The position numbers and the translations under genes are program-made. The notes beneath the pieces are model-generated. The model was given only the letters and a program-made list of their open reading frames with translations. It ran no database searches and had not been told where the DNA came from. From Macrostomum hystrix (lineage: Eukaryota; Animalia; Platyhelminthes), in NCBI GenBank assembly GCA_950097015.1, contig CATNEN010000035.1, positions 620,001-684,000 on the forward strand: a DNA stretch of 64,000 bases, written 5' to 3'. This document shows positions 47,865-58,796 of the stretch, piece after piece; positions within the stretch are counted from its first letter, which is position 1, and each line of letters opens with the position of its first letter.

Positions 47865-48475
47865 CTGCTATAAACTTAATTGGGACCCGCGGCATCACGG
47901 GCCGATCTCCGGGCGCAGCGATTTTCCATCCCCTGTGATCATCGCCAACCCGGCTATTCGGATGACGCAAAGGATCGCCGACCTGGAGGCCGACTTCGCC
48001 GTCTTCGCGCTTAGCCAACACGGCGAAGCTGCTGACGCAAAGGGCGAGGAGGCCGATCAGAAGGATGGCCACCGCCATGGCGCGGCCGCTGGATTTGAAC
48101 ACGGACAATGAGAAGCTGGCCGGCAGGATGTAGCAGATGATGGAGCCGGTCAGGGCGCCAGTGATGCCGAGCACGAACTCAACTGCGGAAACAATGCGCC
48201 GCATGCTCAAGTTTAGAAATCTTTTAAAAATCAACCTGGGATTCTGTGTCTGACCCAACCGAGTCTGGGGATCTGGGAACTGAGACGCACCATTTGGCAG
48301 TAGGATGCCGCCAAGCAGAGTGCCGGCAACGATTGCCAGTGTAATGCCGCGGAATTGCGTATCCGGGATCACCCCGCTGACGCTGATGTCGCCGCTGGCG
48401 CCGCCTCCGCCGCTGATTGGCAGTTCAGAAAGACCAGTCTGCTGCGAATGATTTTGAGATAACAAGATTGAGCAG

Positions 48476-48530
<55 letters not shown>

Positions 48531-51500
48531 GGCAGAACAGACAGACAGGCAGAACAGACAGACAGAAAAAGTTACTCACGACTTGAGTCAATTATTATTT
48601 ACCATATTTTAGACGACCAAACATAATTAGCAATCAATTAGACACTAGCGTATAGAGTTTTACAGCTAATACTACTGCTTATGGATAAACGTTAGTAGTA
48701 AGTTATACGACTAGCTAGAAAATTTAAATAATAACTTATTGAATTTGTTTGAAAAAAAGCAAGACAAGTAAGAAGATGCGAAATATGGAAACTGTGTCAA
48801 TTGAAAAAGAATCAGTGTTAGTGGAAAAAGTAAAAAACAACTATTAATTTGTAATAAAATAATTCTTTACCTGAGCTCAGACCGATGAAATTATTGTTGA
48901 AGCCTTAAATTGCAAATATCACGTTTCCAGAAGCTAATGAAAACTATCCTGAGTACATGCTCACTAGAAGAAATATTAGAAAGTGAGACAAGAAACTGAA
49001 GAGCGATAATCCTAAATTAGCATCTGACAATATTGACAATCCCAACTGAGGATCTGGCAATATTGACAATCCCAACTGAGGATCTGGCAATATTGACAAT
49101 CCCAACTGAGGATCTGGCAATATTGACAATCCCAACTGAGGATTTGGCAAGATTGACAATCCCAACTGAGAATCTGGCAAGATTGACAATCCCAACTGAG
49201 AATCTGGCAAGATTGATAATCCCAACTAATAATCTGGCAAGATTGACAATCCCAATTGCGGATCTGGCAATATTGAAAATCCCAACTGAGAATCTGGCAA
49301 TATTGAAAATCCCAACTGAGAATCTGGCAAGATTGACAATCCCAACTGAGAATCTGGCAAGATTGACAATCCCAACTGAGAATCTGGCAAGATTGACAAT
49401 CCCAACTGAGAATCTGGGTCCAGTTGAGGATCTGGCAGTGAGAAAAACCCGTTTCTACGCTGCAGACTTATCATTCAGAGGTTGTTTTGGTTGAGACAAA
49501 TGTATTCAAACGTACAATCCAATGTCTGTCGCGTGAGAATTAACGCGCATAATACTACTCGCAAGTAGTCTTAGACGGCATGAGCAGACTCACCCGCAAG
49601 TAGAGCATGCTGAAGACGCTGACGCGGCACGGATAGACGATAACGGGGAAGCTGACGGCAACAGACATTACTAGGAATAGGCGAACTAGATTGCACACAG
49701 GCGTATTCGGGTACATGGCCGTCAGATCGCCGTGAATCACTGGGTGAGAGGCGTTGCAGGCCACGTAGCCAATGGCGCCCACCTGGAGTTTGAAGTAACG
49801 TAGAGCCAGATTACGCAACTGTTCACGATGATGGATGGAACAAACGATATGCACCCCTTGATGTGACTCACCAAAATATAAAACATGCAAGAAGATGCGA
49901 CCGATACAGTGAGAATCTTCTGGACAGTTTTAATGTTGGGCTCGGCAAGCGAATCGTACAGCAAAAATAGTTGCCTGAATAGTAGAAAGATAAATAATGA
50001 GTCAAATAACTTGCGATTGTGACTACTAGTAGTAGGATGGTTAATTAAAATTCTAGCGGTACTTCTAATGGCAGATAGACATAAAATAAGGACAGACACA
50101 CATAAAAAAAGGACAGACACACATAAAATAAGGACAGACACACATAAAATAAGGACAGACACACATAAAATAAGGACAGACACACAGAAAATAAGGACAG
50201 ACACACATAAAATAAGGGCAGACACACATAAAATAAGGGCAGACACACATAAAATAAGGACAGACACACATAAAATAAGGACAGACACACAAAAAATAAT
50301 GGCAGACACACAAAAATAAGGACAGACACACATAAAATAAGGACAGACACATAAAATAAGGACAGACACACATAAAATAAGGACAGACACATAAAATAAG
50401 GGCAGACACACATAAAATAAGAAAAGACACACATAAAATAAGGACAGACACACATAAAAAAAGGGCAGACACACATAAAATAAGGACAGACACACAGAAA
50501 AAAAGGGCAGACACACATAAAATAAGGACAGACACACATAAAATAAGGACAGACACACATAAAATAAGGGCAGACACACATAAAATAAGGACAGACACAC
50601 ATAAAATAAGGGCAGACACACATAAAATAAGGGCAGACACCGTAAAGTAATAAATGACTCTCGAAAGTAATCACAAGCACCCTAAAGTAATCACTGACAC
50701 CCTAAAGTAATCACTGACACCCTAAAGTAATCACTGACACCCTAAAGTAATCACTGACACCCTAAAGTAATCACTGACACCCTAAAGTAATCACTGACAT
50801 CCTAAAGTAATCACTGACACCCTAAAGTAATCACTGACATCCTAAAGTAATCACTGACATCCTAAAGTAATCACTGACACCCTAAAGTAATCACTGACAT
50901 CCTAAAGTAATCACTGACACCCTAAAGTAATCACTGACACCCTAAAGTAATCACTGACATCCTAAAGTAATCACTGACATCCTAAAGTAATCACTGACAC
51001 CCTAAAGTAATCACTGACACCCTAATGTAATCACTGACACCCTAAAGTAATAACTGACATCCTAAAGTAATCACTGACACCCTGAACTAACCACTGACAC
51101 CCTAAAGTTGGTGCAGACAACCGTAAGTAACAGCTGACTATAAAAGGTAAAGCCAATGCTGAATACAATAAAAGTAAGCGGCAAAATTCTCATATGATGA
51201 CTCACGTCTGGCAGGAGAAAGCCAGGCACATGATTGGCAGAGAGTAGAGTAGGCCGCTCACCCTGAACCAGTTGTAAGGCGCTTCGTACGGATTTTTAAA
51301 AGTCGGATTGAACACATCAGTTAGTCGCTGCTGAACAGTGAGACCTACAAGCTGAAACATTACAATACAAGCGGGTGAATACAATAGTCAAGCCACCTAT
51401 GTTAGAACCCTGTAAAAAATTCGGCTGCTTTTTCGGCGGGTTTTTTGTGCAAAATAGGAGTGGAATCTACCAAAATCCCCCCTATCTCGCAAGATTTAAA

Positions 51501-54500
51501 GAAACCACCCAGGAAGCAGCCGATGTGATCGTAAATTGTGCGGAAACCGCCGAAGAATCACCCGAACCAGTGGCCCATGGGACAACCAGAGAATTATTTA
51601 CGGGCGATTCCTCGGCGGTTTCTGAACATGGAATCTTCCGAACTGGAGGATTCTTTGGGTGATTCCATTTCGCCACCAAGAAGCACCGAGAAAACGCCCA
51701 GTTGGGAAGATTCTAAGCATGGAATCATCCGATTGGTATGTCTCCAGCGTTCGGCTTTTTCTTTTTCTGGAAACACCGCAGATTCCAACTGGAATCACCC
51801 AAAGAAACATCCATATTTTTTAGCGGGAAACCGGTCTTTCTCCCCGCCTTAGTCTCACATGCAGCAGGAAGCCGGCATAGCAGGCCAACGATACGAAGCT
51901 GATGCGAGCCAGCGAGGCCGGGTCGCGCATCAGCGACAGTGGCAGAATGACGCAGGCGGCGAATGACGTCATGACTAGGCCGCGTAGACCCGGCAGGCTG
52001 GCCGCTTCGAGGCCCAGGAGGGCCGCCACCACCTTTTGGATTTGCAGAGTTGAGTTCAGGCTACTCGATACAGAACTACAGCCATAGTAATTCTGTATTC
52101 AAACATACAAAACATTGTATGTTTGAATACATTTGTCTCAACAAAAAACCCTCTGAATAATGAGTCTGCACCGTAAAAGCGGGCTTTTCTCGCTGCCAGA
52201 TCCTCAACTGGTCCCAGATTCTCAGTTGGGATTGTCAATCTTGCCAGATCCTCAGTTGGGATTGTCAATCTTGCCAGATCCTCAGTTGGGATTGTCAATC
52301 TTGCCAGATTCTCAGTTGGGATTGTCAATCTTGCCAGATTCTCAGTTGGGATTGTCAATCTTGCCAGATTCTCAGTTGGGATTGTCAATCTTGCCAGATT
52401 CTCAGTTGGGATTGTCAATCTTGCCAGATTCTCAGTTGGGATTGTCAATCTTGCCAGATTCTCAGTTGGGATTGTCAATCTTGCCAGATTCTCAGTTGGG
52501 ATTGTCAATCTTGCCAGATTCTCAGTTGGGATTGTCAATCTTGCCAGATTCTCAGTTGGGATTGTCAATCTTGCCAGATTCTCAGTTGGGATTGTCAATC
52601 TTGCCAGATTCTCAGTTGGGATTGTCAATCTTGCCAGATTCTCAGTTGGGATTGTCAATCTTGCCAGATTCTCAGTTGGGATTGTCAATCTTGCCAGATT
52701 CTCAGTTGGGATTGTCAATCTTGCCAGATTCTCAGTTGGGATTGTCAATCTTGCCAGATTCTCAGTTGGGATTGTCAATCTTGCCAGATTCTCAGTTGGG
52801 ATTGTCAATCTTCCAGATTCTCAGCTGGGATTGTCAATCTTGCCAGATTATTAGTTGGGATTATCAATCTTGCCAGATCCTCAGTTGGGATTGTCAATCT
52901 TGCCAGATTCTCAGTTGGGATTGTCAATCTTGCCAGATTCTCAGTTGGGATTGTCAATCTTGCCAGATTCTCAGTTGGGATTGTTAACTACTGCTCACTA
53001 TTGTTACTTATTACTACTACAATACTAACTACAACAACAACTATTACTAAGTCTAGGACCACTACTATTACTACTGCTACTACTGTGACTACTATTACGT
53101 ATATTTATAACTATCGCCTACTACGAGTTGTATTCTGCGCATTAAATTTTAAGAAAAAATTGAAATGGACCGGACCTGCGGAAACAGGTCGCCAACAATG
53201 ATGTGAAAAGCCACTAGTGTGCCCAGGGAAAGGCCAATCATGCTGGCTTCTACAACCAGCTTGCCCATTGGGCCGTATAGATGATGGGCCAAGAATTCGA
53301 AGCTGCCTCGTTTTGTAGCCAGGGCGCAGGTGAGTAGCATCTCGCTGGACTTTAGTGTTGCCAGGCTAACCAGGATCAGCAGAAGGGTGGCTAGCAGGAA
53401 GCCGCACTGGAATTTTATGCGATCATTTATACACGCATTCTGAGAAGACCGGGCGGCAGTGCCAGCTGGTGAGGGAAGAGGGGCGGCAGTGCCAGCTGGT
53501 GAGTGAAGGGGGGCGGCAGTGCCAGCTGGTGAGGGAAGAGGGGCGGCAGTGCCAGCTGGTGAGGGAAGGGGCGGCAGTGCCAGCTGGTGAGGGAAGGGGG
53601 GCGGCAGTGCCAGCTGGTGAGGGAAGAGGGGCGGCAGTGCCAGCTGGTGAGGGAAGAGGGGCGGCAGTGCCAGCTGGTGAGGGAAGGGGGGCGGGAGTGC
53701 CAGCTGGTGAGGGAAGGGGTAGCAGTGCCAGCTGGTGAGGGAAGGGGGGCAGCAGTGCCAGCTGGTGAGGGAAGGGGCAGCAGTGCCAGCTGGTGAGGGA
53801 AGAGGGGCGGCAGTGCCAGCTGGTGAGGGAAGGGGCGGCAGTGCCAGCTGGTGAGGGAAGGGGCAGCAGTGCCAGCTGGTGACGGGAAGGGGGGCGGCAG
53901 TGCCAGCTGGTGAGGGAAGGGGCAGCAGTGCCAACTGCTGCTGAGGGAAGGGGGGCGGCAGTGACAGCTGGTGAGGGAAGGGGCAGCAGTGCCAGCTGGT
54001 GAGGGAAGGGGGGCAGCAGTGCCAGCTGGTGAGGGAAGAGGGGCGGCAGTGCCAGCTGGTGAGGGAAGAGGGGCGGCAGTGCCAGCTGGTGAGGGAAGTG
54101 GGGCGGCAGTGCCAGCTGGTGAGGGAAGAGGGGCGGCAGTGCCAGCTGGTGAGGGAAGGGGCGGCAGTGCCAGCTGGTGAGGGAAGGGGCAGCAGTGCCA
54201 ACTGGTGAGGGAAGAGGGGCGGCAGTGCCAGCTGGTGAGGGAAGGGGCAGCAGTGCCAGCTGGTGAGTGAAGGGGGGCGGCAGTGCCAGCTGGTGAGGGA
54301 AGAGGGGCGGCAGTGCCAGCTGGTGAGGGAAGGGGCGGCAGTGCCAGCTGGTGAGGGAAGGGGGGCGGCAGTGCCAGCTGGTGAGGGAAGAGGGGCGGCA
54401 GTGCCAGCTGGTGAGGGAAGAGGGGCGGCAGTGCCAGCTGGTGAGGGAAGAGGGGCGGCAGTGCGAGCTGGTGAGGGAAGAGGGGCGGCAGTGCCAGCTG

Positions 54501-54688
54501 GTGAGGGAAGAGGGGCGGCAGTGCCAGCTGGTGAGGGAAGAGGGGCGGCAGTGCCAGCTGGTGAGGGAAGGGGCGGAAGACCTGTCGTCAGGTTGTCGCA
54601 CCTGTGCGAAGCAGAACGGCATTGACAGCACTGTGACGCCAACGATGCTGTTGGTGAGGGTGGCGGCTGCCTGGCCCACCTCGCCCAT
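47865..54688 (-). CDS. SLC38A10: SLC38A10-like amino-acid transporter. Exons 54602-54688, 53176-53406, 51859-52032, 51206-51351, 49872-49974, 49594-49782, 48291-48441, 47865-48182; terminal exon unresolved.
   Basis: NSIVGVTVLSMPFCFAQ|CG, KLVVEASMIGLSLGTLVAFHIIVGDL, AFSCQTQLFLLYDSLAEPNIKTV, SVAVSFPVIVYPCR, GILLPNVEFVLGITGALTGSIICYILPA all resemble human SLC38A10 as recalled. All phases are consistent. Confidence 0.9.
49031..49517 (+). repeat. 30-bp array 3 plus ~108-bp unique tail
   Basis: The tail recurs inverted at about 52108-52215 with roughly a dozen mismatches. Confidence 0.88.
50085..51105. repeat. Adjacent 22-bp (GGACAGACACACATAAAATAAG-like, 50085-50640) and 20-bp (CCCTAAAGTAATCACTGACA, 50640-51105) minisatellites
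   Basis: Directly visible, in SLC38A10 intron 4. Confidence 0.93.
51408..51827. mobile_element. EnSpm/CACTA-like MITE (420 bp)
   Basis: Imperfect TIRs CCCTGTAAAAAAT and (rc) CCCGCTAAAAAAT, 2-bp TSD AA, repeated GGAATC/GATTCC subterminal motifs. Confidence 0.6.
52094..52985 (-). repeat. Inverted 30-bp array 4 plus tail ending in a 17-bp-stem hairpin
   Basis: TGTATTCAAACATACAA-AACA-TTGTATGTTTGAATACA at 52094-52131. Confidence 0.9.
53445..54575. repeat. ~27-30-bp GC-rich minisatellite (GGGCGGCAGTGCCAGCTGGTGAGGGAAGAG) filling SLC38A10 intron 1
   Basis: Directly visible. Confidence 0.94.
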
Positions 54689-54874
54689 TTCTCATCAGAT
54701 TAAATCAGATTTTTGCTTCTTGCTAGCAAGAAGAGAGCAAGCTGCAAAAAAAGTTATTATTATGTAACTTTTTTATACTGCTTAACTGCTAACATACAGG
54801 CTACTGAAAATAACAAGGGTGGCGTTGTGTAAATACAGCAGGGGAGATAGGAATCATATAGAAGATGCTAATAC

Positions 54875-56120
54875 TGTAGAAAAGATGGGAATACAGTAGG
54901 AAAGATGGGAATACAGTAGGAAAGATGGGAATACTGTAGGAAAGATGGGAATGCCGTAGGAAAGATGGGAATACAGTAGGAAAGATGGGAATGCCGTAGG
55001 AAAGATGGGAATACAGTAGGAAAGATGGGAATACAGTAGGAAAGATGGGAATACAGTAGGAAAGATGGGAATACAGTAGGAAAGATGGGAATGCCGTAGG
55101 AAAGATGGGAATGCCGTAGGAAAGATGGGAATGCCGTAGGAAAGATGGGAATGCCGTAGGAAAGATGGGAATGCCGTAGGAAAGATGGGAATGCCGTAGG
55201 AAAGATGGGAATACTGTAGGAAAGATGGGAATGCCGTAGGAAAGATGGGAATACAGTAGGAAAGATGGGAATACTGTAGGAAAGATGGGAATACAGTAGG
55301 AAAGATGGGAATGCCGTAGGAAAGATGGGAATACAGTAGAAAAGATGGGAATACAGTAGGAAAGATTGGAATACAGTAGGAAAGATGGGAATACAGTAGG
55401 AAAGATGGGAATACTGTAGGAAAGATGGGAATGCAGTAGGAAAGATGGGAATACAGTAGGAAAGATGGGAATACAGTAGGAAAGATGGAAATACAGTAGG
55501 AAAGATGGGAATACAGTAGGAAAGATGGGAATGCCGTAGGAAAGATGGGAATGCAGTAGGAAAGATGGGAATACAGTAGGAAAGATGGGAATGCAGTAGG
55601 AAAGATGGGAATACAGTAGGAAAGATGGGAATACAGTAGGAAAGATGGGAATGCCGTAGGAAAGATGGGAATGCAGTAGGAAAGATGGGAATACAGTAGG
55701 AAAGATGGGAATACAGTAGGAAAGATGGGAATGCAGTAGGAAAGATGGGAATACAGTAGGAAAGATGGGAATGCCGTAGGAAAGATGGGAATACAGTAGG
55801 AAAGATGGGAATACAGTAGGAAAGATGGGAATACAGTAGGAAAGATGGGAATACAGTAGGAAAGATGGGAATACAGTAGGAAAGATGGGAATGCCGTAGG
55901 AAAGATGGGAATGCAGTAGGAAAGATGGGAATACAGTAGGAAAGATGGGAATGCCGTAGGAAAGATGGGAATACAGTAGGAAAGATGGGAATACAGTAGG
56001 AAAGATGGGAATACAGTAGGAAAGATGGGAATACAGTAGGAAAGATGGGAATACAGTAGGAAAGATGGGAATGCCGTAGGAAAGATGGGAATGCCGTAGG
56101 AAAGATGGGAATACAGTAGG
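54875..56120. repeat. 20-bp minisatellite (GTAGGAAAGATGGGAATACA)n, about 62 units
   Basis: Directly visible. Confidence 0.95.
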
Positions 56121-56864
56121 AAATATTTATTTTGTAGGCACAAAAGACCTAAGATCAGGTGTTTCAGTTAGAACTAAAAGAATCAAGTACTAATAAAGCC
56201 AGTAAACTTTAGCAGTGCTTTCAGTACGAACAAGACGCACATAGTACAATATTAGAAAGTTACTAAACAGTATAATATGTTCTTTGTATTAATCACCGTT
56301 TTACTGCGTCGGAAAAGATTTTTTCATTTACTATAATTTGTGATTCTAAGTCAATTGAACTTAGGTTTTTAATTAATTACTGTACAATTTTCGCGCTAAG
56401 TACACGTAGTATGCTACGAGTAGTATAGAGAGAATGTCTGCCAGCATCAGCAAATATAATCGTTTCTTAGTAAATAATTTTTTACTGGGATTTGGTACTC
56501 GCGAGTCGGAGCAAATCAGGTTGGGATAAACAATTACAACTAGGGATTAATTGTTTAGCGACGGTAAGCAATAGACAATACAATACATTTGGATAGTGAG
56601 ACCAAAAACAGCAAGTAACAAACAGCAAGTACTCGGCTCAAACACAAGTAGCCTAATAAAATCATTTGAGAAGTGGTTGCTTTTCGGTGATCGATGAGAA
56701 AATTATGCAGCTATTCAGAAAACATGAAAATTGGACAAATCGCTGTGTGTCTGTGTGCCAATTTTAAAGAGACATTTGTGCAATAACAGAATGCAGGCTT
56801 GATTTTTAGCGTGCATAAATAATATGCTTTTTGAGAAATAGGAAATAGGATTTAAGCGGCCTGG

Positions 56865-57205
56865 ATTTATGGGATAATAGTTGGAAAACGAGATTTTAGC
56901 GGCCTGTGATGATGGGATAATAGTGATGATAAAGGATTTTAGCGGCCTGGGATGATGGGATAATAGTGAGGATAAAGGATTTTAGAAGCCTGGGATGATG
57001 GGATAATTGTAAGGATAAAGGATTTTAGAGGCCTGGGATGATGGGATAATTGTAAGGATAAAGGATTTTAGCGGCCTGGGATGATGGGATAATTGTAAGG
57101 ATATAGGATTTTAGCGGCCTGGGATGATGGGATAATTGTAAGGATATAGGATTTTAGCGGCCTGGGATGATGGGATAATTGTAAGGATAAAGGATTTTAG
57201 CGGCC
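56865..57205. repeat. 43-bp minisatellite (GGATTTTAGCGGCCTGGGATGATGGGATAATTGTAAGGATAAA), about 8 copies
   Basis: Directly visible. Confidence 0.9.
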
Positions 57206-57869
57206 TAGAACTTTTGAGCTATTAGCGGCAATTTAGGATTAGTGGAGCATTGTGAGTGGGATAAAAGACGTTGCACTGGGGATTTGCGAGCATCCCGTCA
57301 ATACTTTATAAACGGTTCCATCCGTCTGCCAAGATAATAATTCGGTAACTGCAGGTACGGTACGCACAGTACCAACACAATAAACATAGCATGCAACATG
57401 TTTTTTTCAAGTGCGGCACTATATAAACTATACAGTGGACAGTGCCGGCTTGATAAACAAACGAGGGAGCAGAATTAACAGAACACAAACTAATTAGTAA
57501 TCAAAGAAGAAACAAAACATTTTAACAGAGGCAACAAGCACAATGAAACGATTTTTTCGCAAATAAAATTTTGGGAGTTAAGCTAAAACAGTTGGGTTTT
57601 AACCAAGAGACTAAAAACACATATGCACACGTATAATCTGAGGAAATACTAGCTAAAATTAGACCGCTAGAAAAAACAGTGCGGGATATTAAAGCGTGCC
57701 TTATTATGCAAGCTAACTACATAGCTGCGTTGAAAACAAAAGTACACCCGACAGAAAGTAAATTTAAGACCAGGACTTCAAACATTATATAAAATTTACT
57801 TTATCTACGACTTGGTCGTATGACTGAGTCTAATATAATCTAATTGAGTGATGAAATCAGGGTTGAAAT

Positions 57870-58763
57870 TCAGGCTTTAGCCTCGGCGGTGGCTGCGGCA
57901 GACTCCTCCAGGTCGATCTGAAGGTCGCCCGGACTGGACGCTTCTGAAGCGGCGGCTTCAGCTTCGGTCTTTGATGCCGACGCAGCCGATTCAGTTTTCA
58001 TCGAGCCGTTTGAACTGGCGCCGGCTGCTGTAGCCGCTAGCTGGGCAGGGGAGATGGGAGCGACTGGGGCCTCTTCGGAGGCAGCCGCAGCCGCCGCCGC
58101 AGCAGCCAAGTGACGCTTCTTTAACGGCACAGCGCTGCTAGCAGCTGACGCCTGCGCCTGACTAGACTGCGGTTCCGCACTGCCTGACTGCGGATGCTTA
58201 TTCGGCGACTGTTCGGTAGCCAGGCGAGCCTGCTGCTGCTGCTGCTTCTGTAGTTGAAAATCATCGCTAATTATCTTGTCAATGTGATCGCCGAATGTGA
58301 AGATGGAGCAATCAGAAGCGGCAGATGAGGCCGCAGCCAAGGCTGCACTTGTCGCAGCAGCTGTGGAAGCTGCGGCTGCAGCGGCTGCAACTGCTGCAGC
58401 GGAAGCGGCGGCGGCGGCGGCGGCTGCGGCAGGAGCTGTCGATGGGACCGGTACAGATAAGCCAGGCGCGGAGGAAATTTGGGAAGTAGAAGATACATGA
58501 TGGGATGGTGCAGTGTGAAGCTGGGACTGATGATGCTGATGATGATATTTAGGCTGCTTAGCCTGTTGCTGCTGAGAATGCGAATGCGGCCTCTTAACAG
58601 CCTGAGAATCTTTGTGTGGGTTTAAGTTGGTGCTGATCTGATTCTGAATGATTACATCAATCAGCGTGGCCGCAGTCATCACGTGATCAGAGCTGGAGCT
58701 GGACACGAGAGCAATAGGCGATTCACTGCCCATGCCCTGGTGTTGAAAACGTCGCACTTGTGA

Positions 58764-58796
<33 letters not shown>

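Larger units (their letters stand above)
38621..49030. repeat. Tandem segmental duplication: unit A 38621-43119, unit B 43847-49030
   Basis: Colinear near-identity with scattered SNPs and indels. Units are separated and bounded by 30-bp arrays. Confidence 0.92.

Noticed and set aside
49737-56143. Long Cys/Phe-rich and Pro-rich ORFs (VCLSLFY, CPYFMCV, PSPAGTAA, FLLYSHLS, TIPTENLARL)
   Set aside because: They are translations of intronic or intergenic minisatellites.
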